Positions 1-8,767 of a stretch of DNA of 64,000 bases are shown here, one piece after another (within the stretch, counting starts at the first letter, position 1; each line of letters opens with the position of its first letter). The notes beneath the pieces were generated by a model. That model was not told where the DNA came from and made no database searches. It was given only the letters and a program-made list of their open reading frames with translations. This DNA is from an uncultured Gammaproteobacteria bacterium. GTDB taxonomy: Bacteria; Patescibacteriota; Microgenomatia; Levybacterales; UBA12049. The translations under genes and the position numbers were made by a program. The stretch is taken from the NCBI GenBank assembly GCA_965230895.1, contig OZ246394.1, positions 1,249,887 to 1,313,886 of the forward strand. Reading direction: 5' to 3'.

Positions 1-1343
1 TTTGTTATACCCATGATATCCTCAGTTACCTGAGCCTTGTTTTCCACAAGCTTCTCAATCTTTTCCACACCGTGAATTATTGTTGTATGATCTCGTCCCC
101 CAAGAAGGTTTCCAATCTCGACTAGCGTGAGCTTCAACTCTTTATGGATAAGGTACATAGTTACCTGTCTAGCTTTCACTAATGCAGCATTTCTCTTTGG
201 ACCTTTTAATTGTGTCGGTTTAATTTTATAGAAATTACAGACAATATCGATAATATCATCGGCATGAAGATGTCTCCTCTTCTCTTCGACCATATTCCCA
301 AGAGCTTTTTCGGCAAGTTCGATCGTAACTTGCTGATCGGCAGTAGTTGCTTGGGTAATTACTCGAAGGAGTAATCCTTCAAGGCTTCTTGTGTCCTCTG
401 CTCTTTCGGCTAAGAATGAAATAACCTCCGGAGGAAGATTGTGTCCGTATTTTTTAGCTTTAATACCAAGAATTGCAGCTTTAAGCTCAAAGTCAGGAGT
501 TGAAATATCTACTGTTAATCCCCCAGCAAACCTCGATGAAAGTCTCTTTTCCAATCTCTTTATTTCATGAGGTGGTCGATCTGATGATAAACATATTTGT
601 GAACCTTGGTCGATAAGGATATTAAATGTATGGAATAATTCTTCTTGCACACGCTCTTTCCCTTCAATGAACTGGATATCATCAATAAGTAGCAGGAATG
701 CTGATCTGAATCTGCGTTTCATCTTTGCTGTGTCATTTGTACGAATAGCTTCAATTACTTCATTCGTGAACTCTTCACTCGTGACATAAAGAATCTTTTT
801 ACTAGGGTCTTTTTGGTACACATCGTTTGCCACAGCATGCATCAGATGCGTCTTCCCTACACCAACAGGGCCGTAGAGAAAGAGTGGGTTATATGATTGT
901 CCTATGTTTTCTGCCACACGTTGTGCAGAAACAAATGCAAGTTGGTTACTCGCAGACACAGCAAATGATTCAAAAGTAAAATCAGGTCTCACCCTTGGAA
1001 GGTGTCCTATGGCTAATGGTTTCTCTTTTTTCTCATTTTTTTCCTCAGCGACAAAGAGGGGTGAATCATTTTGGACGGTCTTATTTGTGGGGAAAACTTT
1101 GGGGATAAATACAAGAGCTATATCTTCTGATGTTTGTTCTGACAGAATTCTTTTAATATCAGTTGCAAATCTTTTTTGTAGTAGATCTATGATCATTGTT
1201 GACGGAGCGGCTATCGTAGCAATGTTTTCTTCAAGTGATAACAAATATGTATTCTTAAATAACGTATGGAAATTAGCCTGCGAAACTTTTGTCTGCATTT
1301 CAGCTAGCACTATTTTCCATATTTCGTCATTTGTTTTACTCAT
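1..1343 (-). CDS. dnaA: Chromosomal replication initiator DnaA (partial; C-terminal end runs off the window start)
   Basis: My own reverse-strand translation from the ATG at 1343..1341 gives MSKTNDEIWKIVLAEMQ...NPLFLYGPVGVGKTHLMHAVANDVY (AAA+ Walker A). At the window edge the C-terminus reads ...GRDHTTIIHGVEKIEKLVENKAQVTEDIMGITK, which looks like DnaA domain IV. The ORF is not in the supplied track because it is truncated by the window. Confidence 0.9.
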   Translation of the reverse strand, partial: MSKTNDEIWKIVLAEMQTKVSQANFHTLFKNTYLLSLEENIATIAAPSTMIIDLLQKRFATDIKRILSEQTSEDIALVFIPKVFPTNKTVQNDSPLFVAEEKNEKKEKPLAIGHLPRVRPDFTFESFAVSASNQLAFVSAQRVAENIGQSYNPLFLYGPVGVGKTHLMHAVANDVYQKDPSKKILYVTSEEFTNEVIEAIRTNDTAKMKRRFRSAFLLLIDDIQFIEGKERVQEELFHTFNILIDQGSQICLSSDRPPHEIKRLEKRLSSRFAGGLTVDISTPDFELKAAILGIKAKKYGHNLPPEVISFLAERAEDTRSLEGLLLRVITQATTADQQVTIELAEKALGNMVEEKRRHLHADDIIDIVCNFYKIKPTQLKGPKRNAALVKARQVTMYLIHKELKLTLVEIGNLLGGRDHTTIIHGVEKIEKLVENKAQVTEDIMGIT

Positions 1344-1365
1344 AACTTGTTAAGTCATTAAATAT

Positions 1366-1374
1366 TGTGGATAA
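1366..1374. promoter_or_regulatory. Consensus DnaA box (TGTGGATAA = TTATCCACA on the opposite strand) in the dnaA-rpmH divergent spacer
   Basis: Exact 9-mer match to the canonical DnaA box, 23 bp upstream of the dnaA start codon. Likely a dnaA autoregulation site or part of oriC. Confidence 0.6.
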
Positions 1375-1422
1375 CTTTTTGTCAAGTAAGAACAGCCAAT
1401 CTCGCGAAAATCTACGAAGTAA

Positions 1423-1451
1423 TTGTTAACAATTCATAAGTATGCTATACT
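1423..1451 (+). promoter_or_regulatory. Putative sigma-70 promoter for the rpmH operon (TTGTTA-17 nt-TATACT)
   Basis: The -35/-10 hexamers sit at the canonical 17-nt spacing. The -10 ends 8 nt before the first ATG of rpmH, implying a leaderless or near-leaderless transcript. Confidence 0.4.
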
Positions 1452-1458
1452 TAGGCTC

Positions 1459-1596
1459 ATGGAAAAAATGAATCTCAAAGCCAGTAAGATTAAGCGCCGA
1501 AGAAAGCACGGCTTTTTGGCACGAATGAAGACAAATGATGGCCAAAAAATGATAAAGCGACGTCGAGACCAAGGTCGAAAAACATTAGCTGTTTAA
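1459..1596 (+). CDS. rpmH: 50S ribosomal protein L34
   Basis: My translation gives MEKMNLKASKIKRRRKHGFLARMKTNDGQKMIKRRRDQGRKTLAV, which has the HGF(R/L)ARM L34 signature. It holds the canonical position upstream of rnpA. The start could instead be the second ATG at 1468. Confidence 0.85.
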   Translation: MEKMNLKASKIKRRRKHGFLARMKTNDGQKMIKRRRDQGRKTLAV

Positions 1597-1601
1597 CCTT
1601 C

Positions 1602-1943
1602 ATGCTTTCTCAATCATTCCGGTTACCTTCTACAATACGCTTCTCACATGCAAAGTTTGTCAAAACACCATTGTTTAGTGTTCGCTATGCAATAAATAAT
1701 CAAGATGTCAGTAGATTTGGCTTTGTTGTGAGAAAGTCTGTCGATAAACGATCTGTCTATAGAAATAGAATCCGTCGAATCTTTCGATCATGTATAGAAC
1801 AAAACTTGAATACAATAGTTCCTGGATATGACATGCTTTTTTTCTTGGAAAAAGGTATAATGGACAAATCGCAAACGGATTTATGTCAAATACTACTGCA
1901 GCTATTGGAAGAACGAAAGCTTTTGAAACAAGGAACATCTTAA
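1602..1943 (+). CDS. rnpA: Ribonuclease P protein component
   Basis: Contains the VRKSVDKRSVYRNRIRRIFR motif (RNR-box of RnpA). Sits in the conserved rpmH-rnpA-yidD-yidC order. Confidence 0.8.
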   Translation: MLSQSFRLPSTIRFSHAKFVKTPLFSVRYAINNQDVSRFGFVVRKSVDKRSVYRNRIRRIFRSCIEQNLNTIVPGYDMLFFLEKGIMDKSQTDLCQILLQLLEERKLLKQGTS

Positions 1944-2137
1944 TCGCTTTAATCTCTGGATACCAAAAATTTGTTTCTCCCCTGCTCCATCAATTACTTG
2001 GTCTCAAAACTGCTTGTCGATCTGTCCCAACATGTTCAGAATACGCACAAGAATCAATTCGTACCCACGGAGCAGTAAAAGGTGTGGTATTATCTGTACG
2101 TAGGCTGATCAATTGCCAACCATTTTTTAAGATATGA
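1883..2137 (+). CDS. yidD: Membrane protein insertion efficiency factor YidD
   Basis: Contains ISGYQKFVSPLL...CRSVPTCSEYAQESI..HG..KG, which is the YidD signature. Overlaps rnpA by about 60 nt; the true start is uncertain. Confidence 0.75.
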   Translation: MSNTTAAIGRTKAFETRNILIALISGYQKFVSPLLHQLLGLKTACRSVPTCSEYAQESIRTHGAVKGVVLSVRRLINCQPFFKI

Positions 2138-2955
2138 ATATTTTTGACGCTATATTTTTACAACCATTCTTTAATGTCCTTGTCGGCATTTATGAAGTTC
2201 TTAATTCCGCAGGAATTCCTTATGCTTTAGGGTTCTCCATTATTCTTTTAACTATCTTGATTCGTTTTATCTTGTTTCCTTTCATGCAACAAAGTCTTCG
2301 CCAACAGAAAAAGATGCAGGAGTTAATGCCTGAAATCAACAAACTTAAAGAGAAATACAAGAATGATCCTCGAGGAATGCAGATGGAACAAATGGCACTT
2401 TTCAGAGCAAAAGGCGTAAATCCAGCATCTGGATGCTTCCTTCTTCTTCTCCAGCTTCCAATTCTTATCTCCTTATATCATGTCTTATTGAAAGTCGTCC
2501 AAGTTAAGTCACCGGCTGAAATTAATAATTTACTCTATGTGGATTCAATGAAGCTTAATCACCTTTGGGATACTAACTTCTTCGGTTTGGCCCTCGGTAA
2601 AACTCCATCAGAACTTATGACACAGTTTGGACCAGCACTTTTATTAGTAGCAATTGTTACAGGTGCACTTCAATTTATTCAATCAAAGATGATGATGGCT
2701 AAGAAAGCTGACCAGCCAAAATCAACGAAAAAGAATGGAGAACCAGACTTTGCTACTGTTTTCCAAACACAAACACTTTATATCCTTCCAGTCTTTGTTG
2801 GGTTCTTTGCACACACCCTTCCATTTGGTTTATCTTTGTACTGGAATACTTTGACAATTTTTGGTATCATACAGCAATACTTAGTGTCAGGTTGGGGCGG
2901 CCTCTCAGATTGGCTTCCTGGACAGAAGAAGGCACAAGAAAGTAAATATAAATAA
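2134..2955 (+). CDS. yidC: Membrane protein insertase YidC (short form)
   Basis: About 270 aa and polytopic. Conserved operon position after yidD, with the usual basic C-terminus and helical-hairpin region. Confidence 0.8.
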   Translation: MNIFDAIFLQPFFNVLVGIYEVLNSAGIPYALGFSIILLTILIRFILFPFMQQSLRQQKKMQELMPEINKLKEKYKNDPRGMQMEQMALFRAKGVNPASGCFLLLLQLPILISLYHVLLKVVQVKSPAEINNLLYVDSMKLNHLWDTNFFGLALGKTPSELMTQFGPALLLVAIVTGALQFIQSKMMMAKKADQPKSTKKNGEPDFATVFQTQTLYILPVFVGFFAHTLPFGLSLYWNTLTIFGIIQQYLVSGWGGLSDWLPGQKKAQESKYK

Positions 2956-2956
2956 T

Positions 2957-3427
2957 ATGGAACCTATTAAACTTACAGCAGCAGAAAGAAAAGATATTGA
3001 AGCTTTAATCGAAAAGCTTTTTGTTCTTCTCGAAATTGAAGGAACATTTACCCTTGAAGAACATGAGGATATCTTGGATGTTCTTATGGAGACAAAAGAT
3101 TCCGGAATGGTTATCGGATACCACGGAGAAGTTCTTGAATCATTGCAATTGGTTCTTTCACTCGCTGTTGCTAAAAAGCTCGGTAGATTCGTTCGCGTTT
3201 CAATTGAAGTTGATGGTTATAAGAAGAATCGAACTGAATACCTTCACAACCTTGCAATCCAAGTAAAGGAAAAAGCACTTTCCGAAAATAAGGAACAAGT
3301 ATTATCAAATCTTAAGTCATGGGAACGACGAATCGTTCACCTTTACCTCCAAAGTGATGAACAAGTCGCCTCAGAGTCTGAAGGTGAAGGAAAAGATCGC
3401 GTTCTCGTTGTTCGACCTCGCGACTAA
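2957..3427 (+). CDS. khpB: Jag/KhpB RNA-binding protein (Jag_N-KH-R3H)
   Basis: Conserved position after yidC. The C-terminal RIVHLYLQ...RVLVVRP is R3H-like. Confidence 0.75.
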   Translation: MEPIKLTAAERKDIEALIEKLFVLLEIEGTFTLEEHEDILDVLMETKDSGMVIGYHGEVLESLQLVLSLAVAKKLGRFVRVSIEVDGYKKNRTEYLHNLAIQVKEKALSENKEQVLSNLKSWERRIVHLYLQSDEQVASESEGEGKDRVLVVRPRD

Positions 3428-4787
3428 GATAGAATCTGTCCTCCTTGCCCTACTCTTTCTTTTTCTTCCCACACAGCTTGGAAAACATTTTTGGCCGCAA
3501 TTTTCACTAGTGAACGGCATTCGTGTTGATTATCTCTCTCCTACCATTTATTTCACTGACATACTTATTGGATTACTGTTTTTGAGTACCATAGGCCGAT
3601 TATTTCTTCGATTGAGGAAATCATCTGATGATTCTGAAACTGCTCCTTTCATGAAATTGTTGATTCTTTTTCGTCATTGGAAAGCTGTAGTACTCTTTTT
3701 CATACTTTTTCTTTTCCTCACACTCAATATAATGCAAGCTGAAAGATCGACAGTAAGTCTGTACTATGGCATTAAAGTTTTAGAGTTTGCCTTTCTTGGA
3801 TATTATATTGCTTTGCATATAAAAAGACTTTCTCAATTGCGATTAATTGCGGTCCTTCTCTCAATCGGAGTTTTCTTCGAATCATTACTCGCAATCCTTC
3901 AATATATAAATCAAGGATCTTTGAATGGATGGCTTTATTTTCTTGGAGAAAGGACATTTAATGGTTCAACTCCAGGAATTGCAAATGCCGCACTTAATGG
4001 AGAGCTAATTCTCCGACCGTATGGTACATTGCCTCATCCTAATGTCCTATCCGGATACTTGCTGCTTAGTTCAATCATTATTTATTTCTTTCAAGTACGA
4101 ATTGCTAAGGGATTCTTGAAATGGTTGGGTGTTTTTATCCTCTTGCTTGGTAGCATTGCTATTCTTTTGAGTTTGAGCCGTGTTGCTATCGGACTTTGGG
4201 TGCTACTTGTTGTGTTTTTTCTGTTCTTTCAGGTGGTTATCCGACTTAGAACGATGCATTCTATTACTTTTGGAGTATTACTTCTTGTTGGTGGGTTTCT
4301 TTTCGCAATTGTTTCTCCACTCGGTCAAAGTCTCATTGATCGGTTTTCTCAAACTTCCCTTCTCGAAGAATCATTTACGCAGCGTAGTGAATTACTACAG
4401 AGTTCTCTCATAATTATTCAGAACCATCCACTTCTCGGTGTTGGACTTGGCAATTTTATTCCTGCACTTGCTCCACTGCAGGATCCGCTTTCGATTGGAC
4501 TCTATCTCCAGCCAGTTCATACAATTTATCTGCTGATTGCAAGTGAAACCGGATTCATAGGCTTACTTTGCTTTATCTTTTTGATTGTGGCCACATTGAA
4601 ACGACTACGTAAAAAAAGAACTTCAACTCCCCTCTTTCGATCAGAATTTTTAGTGTTCACTCTCCTACTTTCATTGATCCTCACGATTGGACTATTTGAT
4701 CACTACTTCATCTCACTCCAGCAAGGACAACTCCTCTTTGCCATTATTCTTGGACTTTGTTGGACCTCCTTATCGACCTCTTCATAA
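3354..4787 (+). CDS. Polytopic membrane protein, O-antigen ligase/polymerase (Wzy_C)-like
   Basis: About 10 predicted TM helices. HPLLGVGLGNF...PVHTIYLLIASETGFIGL resembles the Wzy_C/O-antigen ligase loop. The start codon is uncertain: as drawn it overlaps jag by 74 nt. Confidence 0.55.
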   Translation: MMNKSPQSLKVKEKIAFSLFDLATKIESVLLALLFLFLPTQLGKHFWPQFSLVNGIRVDYLSPTIYFTDILIGLLFLSTIGRLFLRLRKSSDDSETAPFMKLLILFRHWKAVVLFFILFLFLTLNIMQAERSTVSLYYGIKVLEFAFLGYYIALHIKRLSQLRLIAVLLSIGVFFESLLAILQYINQGSLNGWLYFLGERTFNGSTPGIANAALNGELILRPYGTLPHPNVLSGYLLLSSIIIYFFQVRIAKGFLKWLGVFILLLGSIAILLSLSRVAIGLWVLLVVFFLFFQVVIRLRTMHSITFGVLLLVGGFLFAIVSPLGQSLIDRFSQTSLLEESFTQRSELLQSSLIIIQNHPLLGVGLGNFIPALAPLQDPLSIGLYLQPVHTIYLLIASETGFIGLLCFIFLIVATLKRLRKKRTSTPLFRSEFLVFTLLLSLILTIGLFDHYFISLQQGQLLFAIILGLCWTSLSTSS

Positions 4788-4805
4788 TCCTGCTATACTC
4801 TTCTC

Positions 4806-5348
4806 ATGCAATTGGTTCTTCCTTCAGAACAATATAAAAATAGCTTTCTTGAAGCTTTAGAGGAATACCATCAGACGAAGTCTAATGATCGGTTGGATAT
4901 TTACGAATTGTCTGTCTTGAATCTTCAGTCAAACTTCTCTCAATATATTAAAGGTCTCCAGGAAAAATCCGAAGGAAAGCATCTTCCAAAAGGTTATGTA
5001 CCTCAAACTGATTATTGGCTTGTTGAAGGAAATGACCTCATTGGTCGAGTTTCCCTTCGCCACTCTCTTACTCCTCATCTTCTCCGAGAAGGTGGACATA
5101 TTGGTTATGACATCCGACCATCGAAACGGCGAATGGGGTATGGGAAGAAACTTTTAGCACTCGCCTTGCCAAAAGCTAAAGAACTTGGATTGGAGAAAGT
5201 ACTTATCACCTGTGACGAAACCAATATCGGGTCAAAAAAGATTATTGAATCAAATGGCGGGATTTTTGAAAATAGTGTAGAGATGGCAGAAGGAAAACCA
5301 CGAAAACTTCGATATTGGATTACTCTGGCAAATATCCCGACTTCTTAA
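4806..5348 (+). CDS. GNAT-family N-acetyltransferase
   Basis: Contains GHIGYDIRPSKRRMGYGKKLL, the R/Q-x-x-G-x-G/A acetyl-CoA binding motif, in a beta-strand context typical of GNAT folds. Confidence 0.6.
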   Translation: MQLVLPSEQYKNSFLEALEEYHQTKSNDRLDIYELSVLNLQSNFSQYIKGLQEKSEGKHLPKGYVPQTDYWLVEGNDLIGRVSLRHSLTPHLLREGGHIGYDIRPSKRRMGYGKKLLALALPKAKELGLEKVLITCDETNIGSKKIIESNGGIFENSVEMAEGKPRKLRYWITLANIPTS

Positions 5349-6004
5349 AAGATTTGGGAGTCAAAGTGAAAACACTTTTGCTCACACTGAAGTTTCACTA
5401 ATTACTTTGGGCGGCAGACTCATCCGAGAGTGAGTCTTCTATGTTTGAAACATTGATACGCACCGCTTCAAAGACCTTCCTTTCAAGAGCTTTGACTCCC
5501 CTTCTTGACAATCCCTTCTCCCGGTGTCAACATTCTTTGTATACGCCGCCTCCTTTAGCAAGGAGATATTTCCCGTTTTTAGACTTGATAAGTCCTGCAA
5601 CAATTTCCCGCTGAAGTATTCTCATATGAGCTATTGTACCAAAAACTTCGGAGATTATAGCTTTCTTTTTTCAGTATCTGCTTAGGTATTAAGAGCATCT
5701 ACTGCCAGTGATAAATTATTCTTTGGGGATCGGAAAAAGAGCTTTTTGGTGTGCAAAAGTGGTTTTCATACTCCCCTTTCACGGAGTTCCTGTTGAGACA
5801 TTAGAAAAATCCGCGAACATTCAAAAACAAGGAATGTATTCTTATTTTTTTCATTTTCTACAGGACAATCCAAATCAAGCATTTCTACGAAAAATACACG
5901 AGCAGTGAACTCAAAATTATATAGTTTAGACGTTTCTTGTAGCTTTAAAAATGCTTCCAACTGATAGCAAAATGGGATCTATGCTTATGTGAAAAGCCAC
6001 ATTT

Positions 6005-8767
6005 ATGGAAGAGTTCTTAACTCTTTTCCCCAAGCATTTTGCAAAGGCTCTAGGAGGTAGTATATTATTAAAGAGCATGGAGCAAAAGCACCCGCTAATG
6101 GTTACAAATGAAGAGTCTTCTCAACTCCCCCTTCTGATTGTCGATAAGAAAGGAATGATTGGTGATGCTTTACAGAGAAAGTTTCGAGAACAGTTTCTTA
6201 CCGTTTTTGTCTCTGCTGCACCACAGGAAGTTCATGAAAACATCATAGGTGTCCATTGGCGTAAACGTCTCCCGACTATTCCTGATAATCTGTATTCTCA
6301 TATCTTTGTGATCTACAATGGCGAAAAAGAGCTATTGGATATGCTTCCAGGCTTTGTTCAAAAAGCGAGAGAATCAAAAGGAAAAGTTATTGTCATCACT
6401 TCCCTCTTATATAGTTCCATTAAGCTTTTCGCTTACCTTCAGCATCAAGCATTTCAAGATATAAAGATTGTATTGTATGGTGAAACATTTGGACCACAAA
6501 GTACAGAGGTGAACGAAATGAACTTTCTTCTTGAACAGGTCAAAAATTATGGAAGGATTGAGCTCGCAAATGCTGGATTGAATAAGCTTTTTCCAGTTCT
6601 TATTGAGGATGTCATTGAAGTTGTACATGCCACAGCCTTTGCAAATCAATATCATCATCGGCTCGTTTTTGCTTTTTCCCATCATCCTTTCACACAGGTT
6701 TCGGTAGCGAGACTTCTGCAGAAGATAGATCCTCTTTTAAAAACGGATTTTAAAAAAGGTAAGCAGGGTGCTCGAGAGTATTATATTCCTCAAGGTGGAG
6801 TCTATTATTTCCAAGATTATGATTTAGAGAAGCGATTACGGTCACTTGATTTATCACGTACAGAAGGAAGGATACCCGTCCCACAGAAGAAAACAAAACT
6901 TCGTCTTCCTGACCCTGAAGCTAATAGAAGAAGATTGATTCTTGTTGGTACATTGCTCAGTGCTTTGTTCATTGCACCAATAATCATAACGCTTTTCTTT
7001 GCACTCATTGGCGCTGGGTTCCTCTCGTTGTCTTTCTCACAAGCCGAACAAGGGAAGTTTGATAGGGCAGAGCAGACTGCTTCTTTTGCACAGTCATCTC
7101 TGCATGCTGCAAATGAACTTATTCCTGGACTTGTTTTGATTTCTTCCATTGCTCCTGCCCAACATGTCCAGTTGAAAAATACAGTGACAATAGGGGAGGA
7201 AGTTGCTGAAGCTGAAGGAGAAATTCTCCATGCACTCGTCATCATGAAGAATATTTATGAGAAAAAAAGCCTTGATCCTAAAAATGATTTTTATCGAGCG
7301 CTCGCTACAGTGAAGAATACATTAATTACAGTTCAGAAGATGGAGGCAGAAGAGCAACTTCCTGCTCCTGTCCTTGAGAGGTTAAAGAAATATAATGGAG
7401 TGCTCCAACTGGTTGAAGGAACAATTGATACTTGGCCTACGTTGCTTGGTTTTGAGGGAAAAAGAACCTATCTTGTTCTCTTCCAGAATAATATGGAGTT
7501 ACGTCCTGGCGGGGGATTCATTGGCTCATATGGCATTGTGACTGTCCAGAATGGGCAAATGGATAAGATGCAAATAAATGATGTCTATGATGCTGATGGA
7601 CAATTAAAACAAAAGATTGATCCGCCATATGGCTTAAAGCGATATTTGGGTGCGAGTAATTGGTTCCTGCGAGATAGCAATTTTGATGTTGATTACCCAA
7701 GAAACGCAGTCCAGGCTGCTCAATTCTTAAAACTTGAAACAGGGCAAAGTGTCGATGGAGTCATTGCTATTGATACCTCGTTCTTGAAAAATATTATCGG
7801 AGCTTTAGGTTCGGTAACGGTTCCTGATTATGAAGAAACTGTAACCGCTGACACGTTTTATCTCATGACTCAAAATCATGCTGAGAAGGATTTCTTTCCA
7901 GGATCTCGGCAGAAAAAAGACTTCCTCCGAAGTCTTTCGAATGCTTTGCTAGTAGAGTTGTTTGAGAAAAAGAACTTCTCATACGAAAAAATGCTTCTCG
8001 CGGTAGAAACTTCAATCCAACAAAAACATCTTATGTTTGCCTTTCCAGATGAAGGATTGCAAACGGTCTTTGCAGTGAATGGGTTATCTTCGACTGTCAA
8101 AGATGGGAGAGTAGGGGACAAGAATACGTTTTTGGACTTCTTCAGTGTCTTTGATGCAAATGTAGGGACAAATAAATCTAATTATTATTTGAAACGCTCT
8201 ATGATTCAACAAGTTGCTTTTGATGGTGCTGGTGGACTGCAGGTGACCGCAGAAGTATCTTATGTAAATGCAAGTAAAGACGGAAGTTTGTATGGTGGAA
8301 ATTATAATAATTTTGTTCGCTTTCTCATTCCAGATAGTGCTGTATTGCAGGATGTTTCAATTGACAATGTTTCACGTGAGACAATTCCTGCAATCACGGA
8401 TTCATCGATTTATCGTTCTGAGGATTTCATCCAACCGAGCGGCTTGGAAATTGAGCAAACAGAAGTTCTTGGAAAAAAGTCTATTGGATTTTTCTTTATA
8501 GTTCCTCCGGGGCAAACTAAGAATATTAAACTAACCTATACAATTCCTGAAGCCGTAAACTTGCGGGATTCTTCCTTCAAATATAGTATGCGCTTATTCA
8601 AGCAGCCAGGAGCGGGTGAGGATCCGTATACATTATATATAACGTATCCAAGTGGCTTCAAACCAATAGCAGGGGAGAACAGTGCAAATGATTTAGGTGG
8701 GAAGTTGGTCTATGACCTTAAGTTTAATAAGGATACGGATATTAATGTAGGTTTCTCGAAGAGATAA
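6005..8767 (+). CDS. DUF4012-domain envelope protein with a ~300-aa N-terminal cytoplasmic domain and a single TM segment
   Basis: The LRPGGGFIGSYG motif and surrounding region match the DUF4012 pattern. There is a TM helix at about aa 305-335. The N-terminal domain contains LLIVDKKGMIGDAL, weakly reminiscent of a Rossmann GxxGxxG. Confidence 0.6.
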   Translation: MEEFLTLFPKHFAKALGGSILLKSMEQKHPLMVTNEESSQLPLLIVDKKGMIGDALQRKFREQFLTVFVSAAPQEVHENIIGVHWRKRLPTIPDNLYSHIFVIYNGEKELLDMLPGFVQKARESKGKVIVITSLLYSSIKLFAYLQHQAFQDIKIVLYGETFGPQSTEVNEMNFLLEQVKNYGRIELANAGLNKLFPVLIEDVIEVVHATAFANQYHHRLVFAFSHHPFTQVSVARLLQKIDPLLKTDFKKGKQGAREYYIPQGGVYYFQDYDLEKRLRSLDLSRTEGRIPVPQKKTKLRLPDPEANRRRLILVGTLLSALFIAPIIITLFFALIGAGFLSLSFSQAEQGKFDRAEQTASFAQSSLHAANELIPGLVLISSIAPAQHVQLKNTVTIGEEVAEAEGEILHALVIMKNIYEKKSLDPKNDFYRALATVKNTLITVQKMEAEEQLPAPVLERLKKYNGVLQLVEGTIDTWPTLLGFEGKRTYLVLFQNNMELRPGGGFIGSYGIVTVQNGQMDKMQINDVYDADGQLKQKIDPPYGLKRYLGASNWFLRDSNFDVDYPRNAVQAAQFLKLETGQSVDGVIAIDTSFLKNIIGALGSVTVPDYEETVTADTFYLMTQNHAEKDFFPGSRQKKDFLRSLSNALLVELFEKKNFSYEKMLLAVETSIQQKHLMFAFPDEGLQTVFAVNGLSSTVKDGRVGDKNTFLDFFSVFDANVGTNKSNYYLKRSMIQQVAFDGAGGLQVTAEVSYVNASKDGSLYGGNYNNFVRFLIPDSAVLQDVSIDNVSRETIPAITDSSIYRSEDFIQPSGLEIEQTEVLGKKSIGFFFIVPPGQTKNIKLTYTIPEAVNLRDSSFKYSMRLFKQPGAGEDPYTLYITYPSGFKPIAGENSANDLGGKLVYDLKFNKDTDINVGFSKR

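Noticed and set aside
904-1353. 149-aa plus-strand ORF
   Set aside because: Lies antisense within dnaA, whose minus-strand translation shows clear DnaA domains I and III. Low-complexity, non-conserved sequence.
3354-3427. Possible frameshift or misassembly where the O-antigen-ligase-like ORF overlaps jag by 74 nt
   Set aside because: No alternative in-frame ATG/GTG/TTG exists downstream before the first TM segment. Overlapping genes are common in compact genomes. The start is left uncertain rather than calling a pseudogene.
5708-5960. Overlapping 66-aa (+) and 64-aa (-) ORFs in the long spacer
   Set aside because: They overlap one another on opposite strands, have no recognisable motif or promoter context, and the region is better explained as non-coding. 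See the finding on 5349..6004.
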